A program made the position numbers and the translations under genes. From Phoronis australis (Eukaryota; Animalia; Phoronida): a stretch of DNA of 64,000 nucleotides. Below, one piece after another: positions 26,040 through 37,999 of this stretch; the stretch's first letter is position 1; each line of letters begins with the position of its first letter. The notes under the pieces are model-generated. The model saw nothing but the letters and a program-made list of their open reading frames with translations. It had not been told where the DNA came from and searched no databases. The stretch covers positions 400,866 to 464,865 of the forward strand of contig NMRA01000111.1 of the NCBI GenBank assembly GCA_002633005.1. The letters run 5' to 3'.

Positions 26040-26800
26040 ATCAAGCGCAAGTCAGTCAACCACGGCCACACAGTATTGAGAAGAAAGATCATATCAAGTG
26101 GCCATCTGCAGTAGATAAGAAGTCGTGGTCAGCCCTTCACGATGACCTGGATAACATCTTACGTGTCTCTCTTCGTGGTTCAGCAGAGACAAAATGCGGA
26201 GGCTGTGACAAGAAGTGTGTATCAAGTTGATACGGACCGCTTCGGAACAGAGCGAAGAAAGGTTACATTCAACCTACGAGAAATAGGAACTTTCCGTAGG
26301 GACCTTAAATAATTCCGTCACTTGTGGCAACAACGTCGAGGGCCACTGCAAGTCAAAGGTACACCTACTGACACAACCAGGTACAAAAAGCTTTCGTATG
26401 AGTGATTGTTGAAGAAGTCAAGCCAGACTACCCAGAGCCCTGATTTGGTCATTTACTCGGCCAGTTCCACCAGATAATCTTGGTCGAGTTCACCATTCCT
26501 TACCGTGGGAGAGTAGGGTGGAAGAGGTGCATGAGCACAAGAACTTGAAATATATATACTTGAAGAACGCCTGCCACGTCAGCGGCTGGAGATATTGGAG
26601 TTTTTTCAGTGGATGTTGGCTGCCGGGGTTTTCGAGCCAACTCAGTCACTACCATGTCGAGGTCTCTCGGTGTCTGTGTCAGGAAAGAAGGCTCTTCTAC
26701 ACGATGTGGCCACCGAAGCTGAACAGACATCTTGTTGGATTTGGATGAAGCACCATCAACAATACCATCAACAACCGTCAGATAGAGTCTTACCAACACT
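26040..26800 (+). mobile_element. Decayed 3' part of a non-LTR retrotransposon with restriction-like endonuclease (Hero/NeSL-like)
   Basis: PDLVIYS...IILVEFTIP...WESRVEEVHEHKNLKY...GW remnants. Confidence 0.65.
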
Positions 26801-26843
26801 GTTGTCCCGCTTACTAGGTTTGGCTAAGGAACGAAATCATTAA

Positions 26844-29411
26844 AGGAGCATGTCACCCAAAAACAACCTAATTTGTATCAATTTAGATCGAGTAGTACTA
26901 CTCCATAACGACACGTACGGTTGCATGACCTGACACCTGACGGCAGACGGAGGTGTTGAAATTATTCAATGACGTCATCGGTTTCATAGGCAGTCTGTTC
27001 AGCAGTTCACAGCTTATAGCTTGAAGTCATCGTTTAACACAAATAAATCATCAAACTTCGATGTAAAACCCTTGAAAATACACCGAGTTCTTATAAAAAC
27101 GTGTTGTTTTATATCGCTCTTACGGATTTATTGGTATTTGGACACACCGTAGCCTACAAAGTTCGGCAGGCCAATAAGGTCCGTAGCAGGAGTTTGGGGT
27201 CTGTTCGGAGATAATTTCGAAATATTTTCCCTGAGATACAGACAGGAGAACCTAGATCTGTGTTGTTTAGACTTGTGATTTTTGAGTTGTAAACACAAAA
27301 CGCTTGTTATCCTGGCCAGTGGCTCGGAGCCCGATCAGGCCCGTCGCGGCCGGCCGGATTGACTCCGCTGTTATCCCGGCCAGTGGCTCGGACATCACGA
27401 ACATAAACCAGACAAAGTTCAGTGGAAACTGAACTTACACTACACAAGTGAGCCGAAGTAATGTGCGCGGTGATTATGTTGGTGAATTAGCCACGAAACT
27501 GCAAACTCGTCGGGCCGGGGGGCGGGGGGGGGGGCGAATTCAGGTTCCGCTTTGGCCACAGAACCGTCAGGGCAAAAGTTGTACATTGATAATCATTATT
27601 TGAGTAATGTAAATGTAAACAAAGATTCCCCTAACACCTGGTCGTGGGATGGAAATCGAGTTGTTTCACAACAGTTTCTGCCAGCAAACACTAAATGAGC
27701 TCACACGGTCTCGGTGTCCCGTCAATTAGTTTTATTGCACCTTAAGCCGGTAACGCATAGATTTATTAGTAGTATAGTAAGAGGTTTTGGGGGCCTGTTT
27801 TGCGGGTCTCGGTCAAAGGTCATCTATATGAAAGGTCAAAGGTCACGTGTACTAACGGCGATCGGAAGGGACACCATCCACCTACCGGACGGATGTGTCA
27901 ATGATGTCACGCCTCGTGACGTAATAGGTTTAATTGGTTAGAGAGGCACCTCGATGCCCGTCTTGCGGCTCCTAGCAACGGATTGAAACAAAAGAGGGAT
28001 GACAAGAACAAAACGTGGATTACTTTATTTCGTGTGCCCCGAGTGTCGTGTATATTGCGTGTTCTGTCTCATCAAAAACAAAGGCAAAAGGGGATAACCA
28101 CCCAACCCAACAACAGATGTCGCGTAAAGTGTAACCCAGGCCCCGACGGTACTAAGCGAATCGTGCTCGTAATAATAAGAAGCGACCAGCTAACGCAGCT
28201 AACGCAGAGCATAAAACCGATAGCGTTTAAACGTGTATTAATGACAAACCAACACTACAAAAATCATTCGAATATAAAATCATCCAGACGTTAAGAAAAG
28301 TAGTCTATAGCAAATTGTTCAATTGTCCGAATTAAATGTTCAAAGGTCCAGTGGTGACGCCGTCGTCGAACACTCGTCTTTTGGGATAAAAGTAGGTGAA
28401 CGCGCACCTCTCTTGTAGGTAGGTATACATAGTGTTGTCACCTCCTAACCGGAATCCTTTGTTGAGGGCCGAGCTACTCTTTGTGGTCTGTAATACTTTG
28501 AGATACCTCGCCTTGTCGATTGCATTTCTTTGTGTTTGCACTCCTTTACAGCTAAAATGAGATTGCCCGTCGTCCGTCCCCACGTAATAGGTGGTGTCCC
28601 TTCCGATCGCCGTTAGTACACGTGACCTTTGACCTTTCATATAGATGACCTTTGACCGAGACCCGCAAAACAGGCGCCCAAAACCTCTTACTATACTACT
28701 TTTATTCATTGCTGGCTTCTCAAATCATTTGCACTCACGAACACTCCGAAGGCATTAAAAATTGCATCTAATGAGACACACTTTGTTTGAGTTCTATATA
28801 AGTATTGGTTAGGGTGAGAATAATTCATTTTGAAACAGAAGGCTCAGTAATATACGAACATGGCAACTCGCAATCCCGACTTAGGACGAACTAGAGCTCG
28901 ATCAGTCCCGACTTCGCAGGTGGATCGTTAAGTTTTACAGGCTATCAATTCGAACAGGAATACAGTGATGAAGAAATACTAGAGAGGCGCCGTGAACAAG
29001 CTCAGACAACGGAACGTATGAAGTTATTTGATAAGCCGGCATTCGTCAGGCACTGTCGACTTCTGCAGGCCACAGACACGGAGATGTTTCACGGCCTTGC
29101 TATTTACAGCGTACATTTCATTCTTCACTACCATGAGCCACGTCCTAAGCATTTCGGACTCTCCAGGAGGTAAAAAAAATATATCCGCTTTCCTCGCAGC
29201 TGCTTAGTTCGGACAAGCGGGAACGATGCACCGCAACACAGCGGCATTCACTCTGCATATGAACCAATGACGTCACTAGCGTCGTTTCTCACCTTCCTCA
29301 CAGGTTAACACGACACCTCTTGGCAAGGTAAGGTCTACCGTATGCGAGGCGATGTGGATATAGACCGATTAAGACGGCCAAAAAGACTAATTAAATCGGG
29401 TGGCTTTCTCT
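26844..29411. mobile_element. Non-autonomous Kolobok-type element, family B copy 1 (hosts the mini-Polinton)
   Basis: TTAA flanks; aggagcatgtcaccc...gggtggctttctct; both ends homologous to 38000-40018. Confidence 0.85.
27768..28700 (-). mobile_element. Miniature non-autonomous Polinton/Maverick, 933 bp
   Basis: AGTAGT...ACTACT termini, 109-bp TIRs with one mismatch seen, 6-bp TSD TTTATT; internal C-terminal fragment of protein-primed PolB (SCKGVQ...NKGFR...TYFYPKRRVFDDGVTTGPLNI, 28332-28591). Confidence 0.9.
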
Positions 29412-29971
29412 TTAAGGACAGTAGGAGATCAACTGAAGATGACATTTGAGCACAGTACCATCAAGTGTTTAAAATAAGTTCTGGACATATTATGCAAACT
29501 CAAGATTTGTCCACCTTTAGATTAGGCCTATTGAAATCACTGACCTTGCAAGCATAATGAAAACATTATCAATCTCCTGTGCTTGTTGAGGAAGCTATAA
29601 GCGATAACAGAATTTCGTATAATGGCGGCTTTACTTTGCATATTTAACAATGCTCAGAAACTGCCAAGGTTACAACTCATCTAAAATTCTATAAAAAACT
29701 TATACAATGAAGAATTTATAGGTACCCTATTGGTGGCTACTCGACTAAATGCCAAGCAACATCTTTTAAAGAGGTTTTGGATCGGTGTTTATAATGTTGA
29801 CATAAGCCACTAATCTTTATGAAATTGGTCTTGGTAACGTCAAGGAGCATAATCTAAAACTTGTTTCTTTGACAAAAAGTTCGGTAAGAGCTCCAGGCAC
29901 AAATACAACGCAAATTTAGCATGTGCAACTAGACCAGGCTGTCCTTGTAAGGACTACATCATAAAACTCAC

Positions 29972-29998
29972 CGTGTGGACCAGTCGACAGATCATCAC
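29972..29998 (-). CDS. 27-nt linker micro-exon, (G)DDLSTGPH
   Basis: tctttattgcag|GTGATGATCTGTCGACTGGTCCACACG|gtgagt; phase 1-1. Confidence 0.7.
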
Positions 29999-30343
29999 CT
30001 GCAATAAAGATTAGCGTTGGATAAGTTGCTTCCACGTCTCCTTTGATACAAACGCAAGCTGAGCTAGTCATCTCTCTGAACTATGAATAAAGGAAGCAGA
30101 GTGTATGTTCCCCCAAAATCATGTGTAGGGATGATACCGTTGCATCCCACAGAGGCATAGAGTAAGTGGCAGCGGAAAGCCAACAAAAGACAAATCCAGA
30201 GCATTATGTAAAAGAGAAAACATTTAAGATAATATGCGTCGTTCTCCAAGACTGGATTTGCTCTTTGAAGGGATTGGCAATGCAATCTCTGTTAGGTAGA
30301 GTCCAGTTTTTGTAGTTTATATCACTTGGAAATGTTCTCTTAA

Positions 30344-31250
30344 ACAGTACACACCATGGACTAAATGTATGACGTAAAATTTAGCCAAATCCATGATTAT
30401 TTTGTGTCATTAGCTCGAAATTTTGATTTCTCTTTCAATTTTGACAATTTTTACATTTCCCGCCATGTGACATCATGGGTTGAACACAAGAGATCGGCGA
30501 TTAGCATAGAATTTGAAAGCAACAACGATTATGAACAAGAAATGAACAAATACTATGAAGAAACGTACTAGAATGGTGGCCAGGATCACGAAATGGGGAT
30601 GCACGAAAGCGAGAACGGGTTTGATATGTTTTCAGCTGCGTACTTTTCTACTTTAAAGCCTTACGAACTGGACCCTCCCGCGAGAGAAGCGGCCTCGAGC
30701 TCGGCCAGTCAACCCAGTCATCCAACAGACGATCCTGAATAAAGAGCCGATGTTTCTGAATAGTAAATATTGTCCTTTATTGAACCAGGCCTTCATCCTA
30801 ACATCTCCTCTGATTGGAGTCGAAACACGACTGCTCAAAGTGGGCAGAACACAGAGTGGCCCCGGACAGAATCGCTTGGTCCACGCTGAGGTCCCACACT
30901 CTCGTTCGGCGCACGAAGCGATGCCACTACTGCGCAACTTTGGCGTCCTTCGGAACACTGAGACGTTCTCCGTCTGACTGCTGTTGCTGCAGCCTCCGCA
31001 AACACATACTTCATCCCTCTACAAACCTTCTTGACGCTAAATATACTTTACTTTCACTTCACTCTATACACTTAGTTGCTGATCCGAACAGTGTGCCGAA
31101 CGACTTGGGTTCAACCCATGACGTTGTACATAATTATTATTTTTTCAATTTTAACGTGTTTCTTTATGAGTTGTGTACTAAAGGCACTGAAATCAAGTAA
31201 GATATAATAATAAATTTATATCGAGGTACTAGAGTCATGTTGCGTACACT
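30344..31250. mobile_element. Old Kolobok-type element with decayed THAP remnant
   Basis: TTAA flanks with imperfect TIRs; minus-strand CGGCSN...FPKD...W...LCSAHFEQSCF near 30820-31005. Confidence 0.6.
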
Positions 31251-31879
31251 TTAAGCAAACATACTTCGTTAAGTACGTGGACTCTTCTTTGGCAAAGATT
31301 TGATACTTCAGATTACAACAATTAGATTACAATACATACCCCGGTCACTCATTCAAGCAAGAGACAATAAAATCAACTTCTATTTTCAACCTTCGGGTAT
31401 TTTTTGAAACTGTTTATAATGATATCAACTGGGAGACAGATCACGACATCAACTGCTGCTCATATTCTTCTTAAAAATCGACCCTTACTTAAATATAGGA
31501 GCCACAGTTCACGAAGGGGTAGCATCTAATGCCTCTTTTCCCATAAATTCATGTGTCAACTGCTGTTCGAGTTCCCGATCAGGTAATCACTTGTATGTTA
31601 TCAACATATGCGTAAAAAGCGAGCGACTTGCGCTCACGAACTCTAGAGCAACCTTGCCTCTAGTACTACTGTACGAGCAGGAAGTCTATTGGGATTGCAC
31701 GTCCCCCGATAACTTGGCGAACGGAATAGGTGCACGGGTAGGGGACGCCAAGAAGGGGAAGCAAGGCAGTTTATTAATTAGCACTAGCACTAGCAGTAGC
31801 AGTTCATGTTTTACCCTTTGAGATTCAGGCCAGGACAACTTTCTTAGGGGGCCCATTTTTCTAAGCTTTTTCAATCTGT

Positions 31880-33760
31880 GGTCACTAAAAGCGGGAAGCT
31901 TTTTACGAAACTCATAAACGCTCGTCTACCAAGTTGGGTCAACGACAATGACTTATTTAAGTTCAGGCGAGTTTTAGAAAAGCGTATAGTACAAAAGGCC
32001 AAATTTTTACCTTACAGGGCATTACTCATAAGTACTTTAGAAAGCGCAGGGGCGCATTTTATGCTGTATACGTGTATTTTTCTCAGGCCTTTGACAACAT
32101 TTCACATAATTTTTTGTGGAGTAAGCGTGGGTTAACTGACATTTTCAGTAACAATATTGGTACTCGCCAAGGGTGTATGCTTAGTCCTTTTTATTCAGTA
32201 TGTACTTGGGCGAGTTTGTTGATTAATAAAAAGATTATTAAATAGGAGAATTTACGTAAATGAGAGCGTACCTCAAATGTGTATGTTGCTGTACGATGAT
32301 TATATGGTTGATTGTGCAGAGACAGCATTTAAACCACAGCAACAAATTAACGTTTTGCAGGAATATTGTCAGGATTGGAGTATGAATTTAACCTTTAAAA
32401 ACAAAAATAATGGTATTTAGAAAAGGCGGACTATTGAAAAATACGCAAAATGGCATTTCGGAAATGACAAAATTGATAATGTCTCACATAAGTACCAGGG
32501 TATTTGCTTCACTACCTGCACTGAAAGCGATTTTTTCAATTTTAATTGAAAAAAAATAACTGAAGACATTTAAAAATGTCATCAGTTAAATTGTGGACCA
32601 CTTTCAACGAAAATTGCACTCGGGATTTTAATAAAATAGTATGCCCAATCATTAGCTATGACAGTGACATTTGGGATTTAAAGAATATTCTTGTATCGAG
32701 CACGTCCAATTGAAATTCTGTAAGCAACTGCTGGATGTTGGAAGTAACTGTCCAAATCATGCTGTCCTGGGAGAACTGGGAAGGTATCCAATTCATATAA
32801 AGCTGCTTGTTAAACTGTTCAAATATTTGTTTAAATTGTTAAAATGCCAGCACATCGAAATCCAAAACCAGTCTATGACAAGATTTGATGTGGCTGGTAG
32901 GAAAAATTGGGCTTCATCTGTTAGGAATTTGCTGCAAATTAAAGCTATCATGGTTTTGGATTGGTATGCCACAATCAGTTAATTGGCTAGGAGGCATCTT
33001 TTCTTGTAACTTTTGAGCAGCAAATTAAAGAGTGTTTTTTGCAAGATTAGAGCTTTTCCACGGAGAATAGCACAATACTTAATACATATTCCTCATTTAA
33101 AATTATTTTGAAATGGAATCCTATCTGTTGCGTGATATCCCATGTCTTTTAGCAGCTATGGCTAAATTACGTTGCCCCAATCATAACTTGATGGTAGAGA
33201 AAAAAAAATAATTGCAGGTGGTCTGATACACGTTGTATCAGACGTGCGCAGGCCTCGCATGTGGGCCCATTGCACTGATCACCTGGAAATATTTTTATGC
33301 TTTATTGATATATGGTTAAAACCGAGCTGAGGAGCTAGAAACCTGGCTCAAGGGTTTAGCAGTGTGACCTGGTGGGACTTGAACCCACGACTTCGAGTAA
33401 AGAAAGCGGGCACTTATGAACCAGGCCACACTGCCTCCTCTGATGGTAGAGAAAGGTAGACATGCTTTTGCGTGGACCAAAAATATTGTGTGTTGTTTCT
33501 GTGTCCCTAATTGAAAATCGATATCATTTAATAAGTGTTTGTAAAAATTACTGTTCTCTGAGAACTGCATTTACGCCTGAGTGGTGCTGGAGTGAATCAA
33601 ACAATCATAAATTTGTAAAGCTAATGAAAATGTCGGAGCCTATAATTGCTCAGATTAATCTTATGAAATTTGTATTTCACACAACTGCACTCAAGAAAAA
33701 GCTGCTCAGCGTTATCTTGTAAATTTTATGTAACATTTGGGCCAAGGCCCTGAATACGGA
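31880..33760 (+). mobile_element. Decayed LINE (RTE-X-like), RT through C-terminal region
   Basis: KLFTKLINARL, QGCMLSP, KFCKQLL...AVLGELGRYP, LMVEKGRH, ENRYHL remnants with many stops. Confidence 0.8.
33203..33440 (-). mobile_element. tRNA-derived SINE nested in the LINE
   Basis: Minus strand ggcagtgtggcctggtt (A-box-like) and gggttcaagtccc (B box); 14-bp TSD tgatggtagagaaa at 33189-33202 and 33441-33454. Confidence 0.8.
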
Positions 33761-34699
33761 AAATATATTTATTTCATAATTTCAAATTCGTTGGCAAAAC
33801 CTGTACTCATTTCCCCAAAATAATACATGCTTTGTCCACCGCTGGGAATGGCGCTATAGATCATATCGCGAGAGAGCACAGCGGGAAACTTCATTTGTTC
33901 CGCTAATTCGACCATTTAACGGGACGCTTCCAAGATTTTATTGCTTTTAGAAGGTACTACAGAAACTAGCAAACAGGTTCAATTTCTTTGATTATAAAAT
34001 CCGTTGTGATATCTCTATAAAGACACAAATTCCCAGCGTCGGGTTTTGGTCGATTTACTGGCACCTGCGATAGAATTACGAGTAATTGAAACCAAGTACT
34101 GACCGCAAGAATCTCTTGTTCAACAGCTCGGCAATTTCTCTAGCAGAAAAACGCAAGTAATGTGAATGATCGCAAGAGTCGCATTTTCTGGCGCTATGCT
34201 AGACAGCAAACCACTGGAGTTTCTGCTAGTCCGTTTGTACCTAGACACCTTGCTTAAAAGAACACACGCGTAGCGTTAAGAGACCTTCATCGTCAAAACA
34301 ATCAATTGATGTAGGAGAGTGAACGTGGTTTACGTCAAATTTCATTTTAAGGCAGTTTGGTGGCAAATCAACACACTAACTGCCGCCGAACTTTACCCCT
34401 ACGCGGACAGCTCGTCTGTCCCGCAAAACTGTGAGCGCTTTCGCTTGCCTTTTGGCTGATCGAAGTTCTAATGTTTTTGCCACTAGCGAAAACATAGAAT
34501 TGGAGAAAATTGATGTTGTTTTCTTCTAATATAAGTTCACAATTTTCATTGTTTGAGGTGCATTTGTTGACTCTGCTATACTTCATATTAAAATAGTCGC
34601 AATAAAGTCCATCGTGGGGGACCTCCGTTACCAGGCCCCTAAGGAGGTTCCCCATTGATACCGAGTGGAACAGCACTTTAAAGAACACTTTATATTTAC

Positions 34700-34810
34700 C
34701 ACAAAATCCGCACGTTTTGGGACAGTTCTCCTCTGCCCAAGTTTTGTTCGATCCAAAGCAGATTTCCGTCTTGTTGAACTGGTCACACGTTGTTATCTTA
34801 TCGTCACATT
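34700..34810 (-). CDS. ShKT exon 2: (K)CDDKITTCDQFNKTEICFGSNKTWAEENCPKTCGFC
   Basis: atttcag| and |gtaaat; 111 nt, phase 1-1; six Cys. Confidence 0.9.
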
Positions 34811-36252
34811 CTGAAATATTGTAAATTACATGCTCACTGTTAATAAAAAATCGCAACACTTTCTGTCAAATTTACATGCAGGCTGATTTGAAAAAATTAT
34901 CAGGGAACATGCAACAAAAGTCGGGAACACACTTAACGTAATTGGATTTAAGTTAGAATGACACTGGGTATGGCACTATTTAATCCAACAAGGCCTACTG
35001 ACATACAAATCACACATGAGTAATTCTAAAATACCAGCATTCCACACAACACAATCTTGGCACAGAATACATGTATATCAATTTGCCCTCCTTTATCGTT
35101 TTAAATTCTACGATCTCTTCATAATATACAAAAACTCCAATGATCCAATAGTGTACTTTATATTTATCACTTAATACATCATATTTAATAAAAATAGTAT
35201 TTAAAAGACATTCGACTTATTAGCCGGGGGTATGCACAATTAGAGTGGGGGGGGGGGGGGGNACAACAGGATGTGTTTCATCGTTCCTGTGCTGTGATTT
35301 CAATAACAGTTTGCAGCGTTTTGAAAGTTAAATGCATTGTGTGTGTTGCCCAACCAATATCTCGCGAACTGAGAATTAGAATTTAAAGGAGGCGGGGGAT
35401 GTATCCCAGCACTGTTGTAAAATCAATTATGTGATCACTTATGGGATGGGGCCTATTTATTTTGATGGCCTAGGTGTCGCAAACAATTGCAAGTGATGTA
35501 CAGTGTAAAATTATTATGTTCAAGTTCAACAATTTTTATGAAAATTGGTTATATTTTAAGGAGCGTATTTTAGGATCAATAACATTTTCAGCAATGCTGT
35601 TGGATGCGACACATTTCTCAGAATTAAAACTTTTGTCCATAGCTGTAAACTACAATGAATTGTTGTGATTTGGGTAGATAGCGTCAGTTCACGGCGTCGG
35701 TGTTTAGTGAAGTTGCTGGCACCGGCGCAATAGAATAAGGTGTAATTGAAAATTAATGAAACATTTGCAAGACGAGCTAAACATTTCCAGCGAATTTAGT
35801 TTGCTTGGCTTATGCCTGTAGTAGACAACTGAGCCAGTTTGCATTCTCATTTCGTATTCCAGACTTAGCTGCCAATGGTTTTTTTTAAACCAATGGGGGA
35901 CGCAGTACCAGAAACATCCATGCGTTATCAACGTGAGTATTTTATTTGACAGTCTATTCGAATGTAAGCGAACGTCTCCTTGTTTTACCCGGACTCGTCC
36001 ATGTCAACACAATTGGGACTGACGGTGAATCGTGTTCAAATTCTGTAGTCAAGACCTAACGTGTGACTCAAGCTTGGACAGTGCCAGAACGAGAAGCGCC
36101 GATAGTGCTCGTGGCTTCCTGAATACAATTGTATATACATATAAGCTGATTCGGCACAAGTTACAGTCCAGGCGTCGAAGGTGGTTATATGTTTAAGATA
36201 GATTAAAGCAACTAAATTGTCCCTATCGTATTAGTAAATAAAATGTACATAC

Positions 36253-36366
36253 TACAATATCCGCACGATCGTTCACAATTTTTTCGAGCCCATCTTTCAT
36301 CTCTAGCACCGCAACGATCTCTTGTAGAATTGAGACAAGAATTGACTTTATCCAAGCAGTTGGTAC
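36253..36366 (-). CDS. ShKT exon 1: TNCLDKVNSCLNSTRDRCGARDERWARKNCERSCGYC
   Basis: ctcgtag| and |gtatgt; 114 nt, phase 1-1; six Cys. Confidence 0.88.
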
Positions 36367-37999
36367 CTACGAGTTCATACAGTTTAACGATCAAAACACA
36401 CACAACCTGCATATTAGTTGAGTTTTATGTGGAACGTCATTGACCGTGGGAAGCTAAGCTTTGTTTCTCAGAGAATTTCACACAAGTGATGGATGTTAAA
36501 CAAAAGAAGCTTCCATGAACCTCTTGAAAATGTGGGGATTTTCCGGGAAAAACTAAAATGCAACATTGCCGCCATTTGCAATGGTGGCTATAAGCATTTT
36601 AGGGGTGTAGGTTTTTTAACAATGTACAACACTTTAAATATTTAAACCGAACATTTAGAGCCAAGTTATGTAAACTTGATGTCCATACAATGATACGACG
36701 AATGGATAACCTTCAAACCTATAATGGCCTGCAATTTCGAGTTCGCGTTGTTCAAATTTTCAGTATTTACTTAAGGTGTCCATGTTGGGGTCAACTTAAT
36801 GTTTTTAGCAGCTGAATTATTTTTGGTCAAAAATTGTTCATTTCATTTTAAAATGACTTGATCGGAAATGTGACATGATCTCCGGAGATATTGCAGTCAC
36901 TTGCTTCGCTGTCACAACTTCGTGTCCGATCATTAACTTGCTTCTTTGTGGTAGGGCTGGGGAGGTCAACAATATCTTATAGGTTGACATGTTCCTAACC
37001 TTGATCAAAGGGAGACGGCAGATCAAGTTAGTCGGAGTGTATCTGGGAGGATGTTAAATGTGTATTTATTTTCGCTGCACATTTTTCCAGAGTGAATAGA
37101 TACTACTTACATTTTTGGGAACGACCAATATTTACTTATTGAATAAGGTATGCAGCACGGACAATGGCAACCCGTTCGTAAGTTTGACGTATATTGAAAA
37201 CAGCATAGAGTCAGTTTCAGTATCTCAACAACAGGAGGTCTCGCGTGGCGTTCTGGCATTTAAGTTTATTGATTCTACTCCACCACAATACACAACGTCG
37301 CCTTCAAATTCACCAAGATTTTGTTGATGGGTTCTCATAAAAGGAGCAGGCGTTGGAGTTTATTGGTGGAGTTAACCATAAGCTCGTTGAACTGAGCAGC
37401 TCCTGGAAAGGTGCCTGTGGGCTTGGGGGACGGATTTGAGACATTCTGATATTTGGTTGTCCATCGATCATGTTTGTCATTCTTGACGATGTATGAAATA
37501 TACCTGGCTTTGAAAAGGATAAGAGGTTAAGCCTCATTATGTCGTGAGGCAATTACTGAGCTCTGGTAGGTAACCAGTTCAGGAGTAAAAATGACCATCT
37601 CACCTGAGTGCTTTACTCTCCTGTGATACGGATATCCGCAACATCGAACCCACGTCTATCAAGCCAACAAGTTCCTGTGTCACCACAGTAACCGAACTCA
37701 GGTTGTAGTTTTCCTTATAAAACCAGCAGCATTTTGCAGCGAGAAATATTTTCCAGTTACTCTCAAAACTAAGGTGAGTCAAGAATGATTGGAACTAGAG
37801 CTGATATGCCAGATTTCTCAATTTGGGTGTTTTCGTACCTGGTGCAGAGGGCAATACTCTTCCTTTTCCTCCTCTTTATTAGTGGAGACTTGCTTTTAAA
37901 GGTTATTGACTTGAGCTCGGTCACGTATTAATGGAGTACATGTAGTTACATACTGAACAAATCTTGTGAAGCAACGGATCCAGGCCACAGTGACTTTAA

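Noticed and set aside
27714-27941. ORF sharing about 38 aa with ORF 28332-28709, suggesting a gene duplication
   Set aside because: Both read through the Polinton terminal inverted repeats.
33360-33440. tRNA gene
   Set aside because: A/B boxes are present but no convincing cloverleaf; flanked by a TSD, so it is a SINE head.
34368-34859. 163-aa single-exon ShK protein
   Set aside because: Only 34700-34810 is ShK-like and bounded by splice sites; the rest is intron read-through.
37603-37713. Open minus-strand segment with a gtgag donor, a candidate bridge exon
   Set aside because: Lies in what appears to be a decayed LINE endonuclease region (about 36830-37990) and has a weak acceptor.
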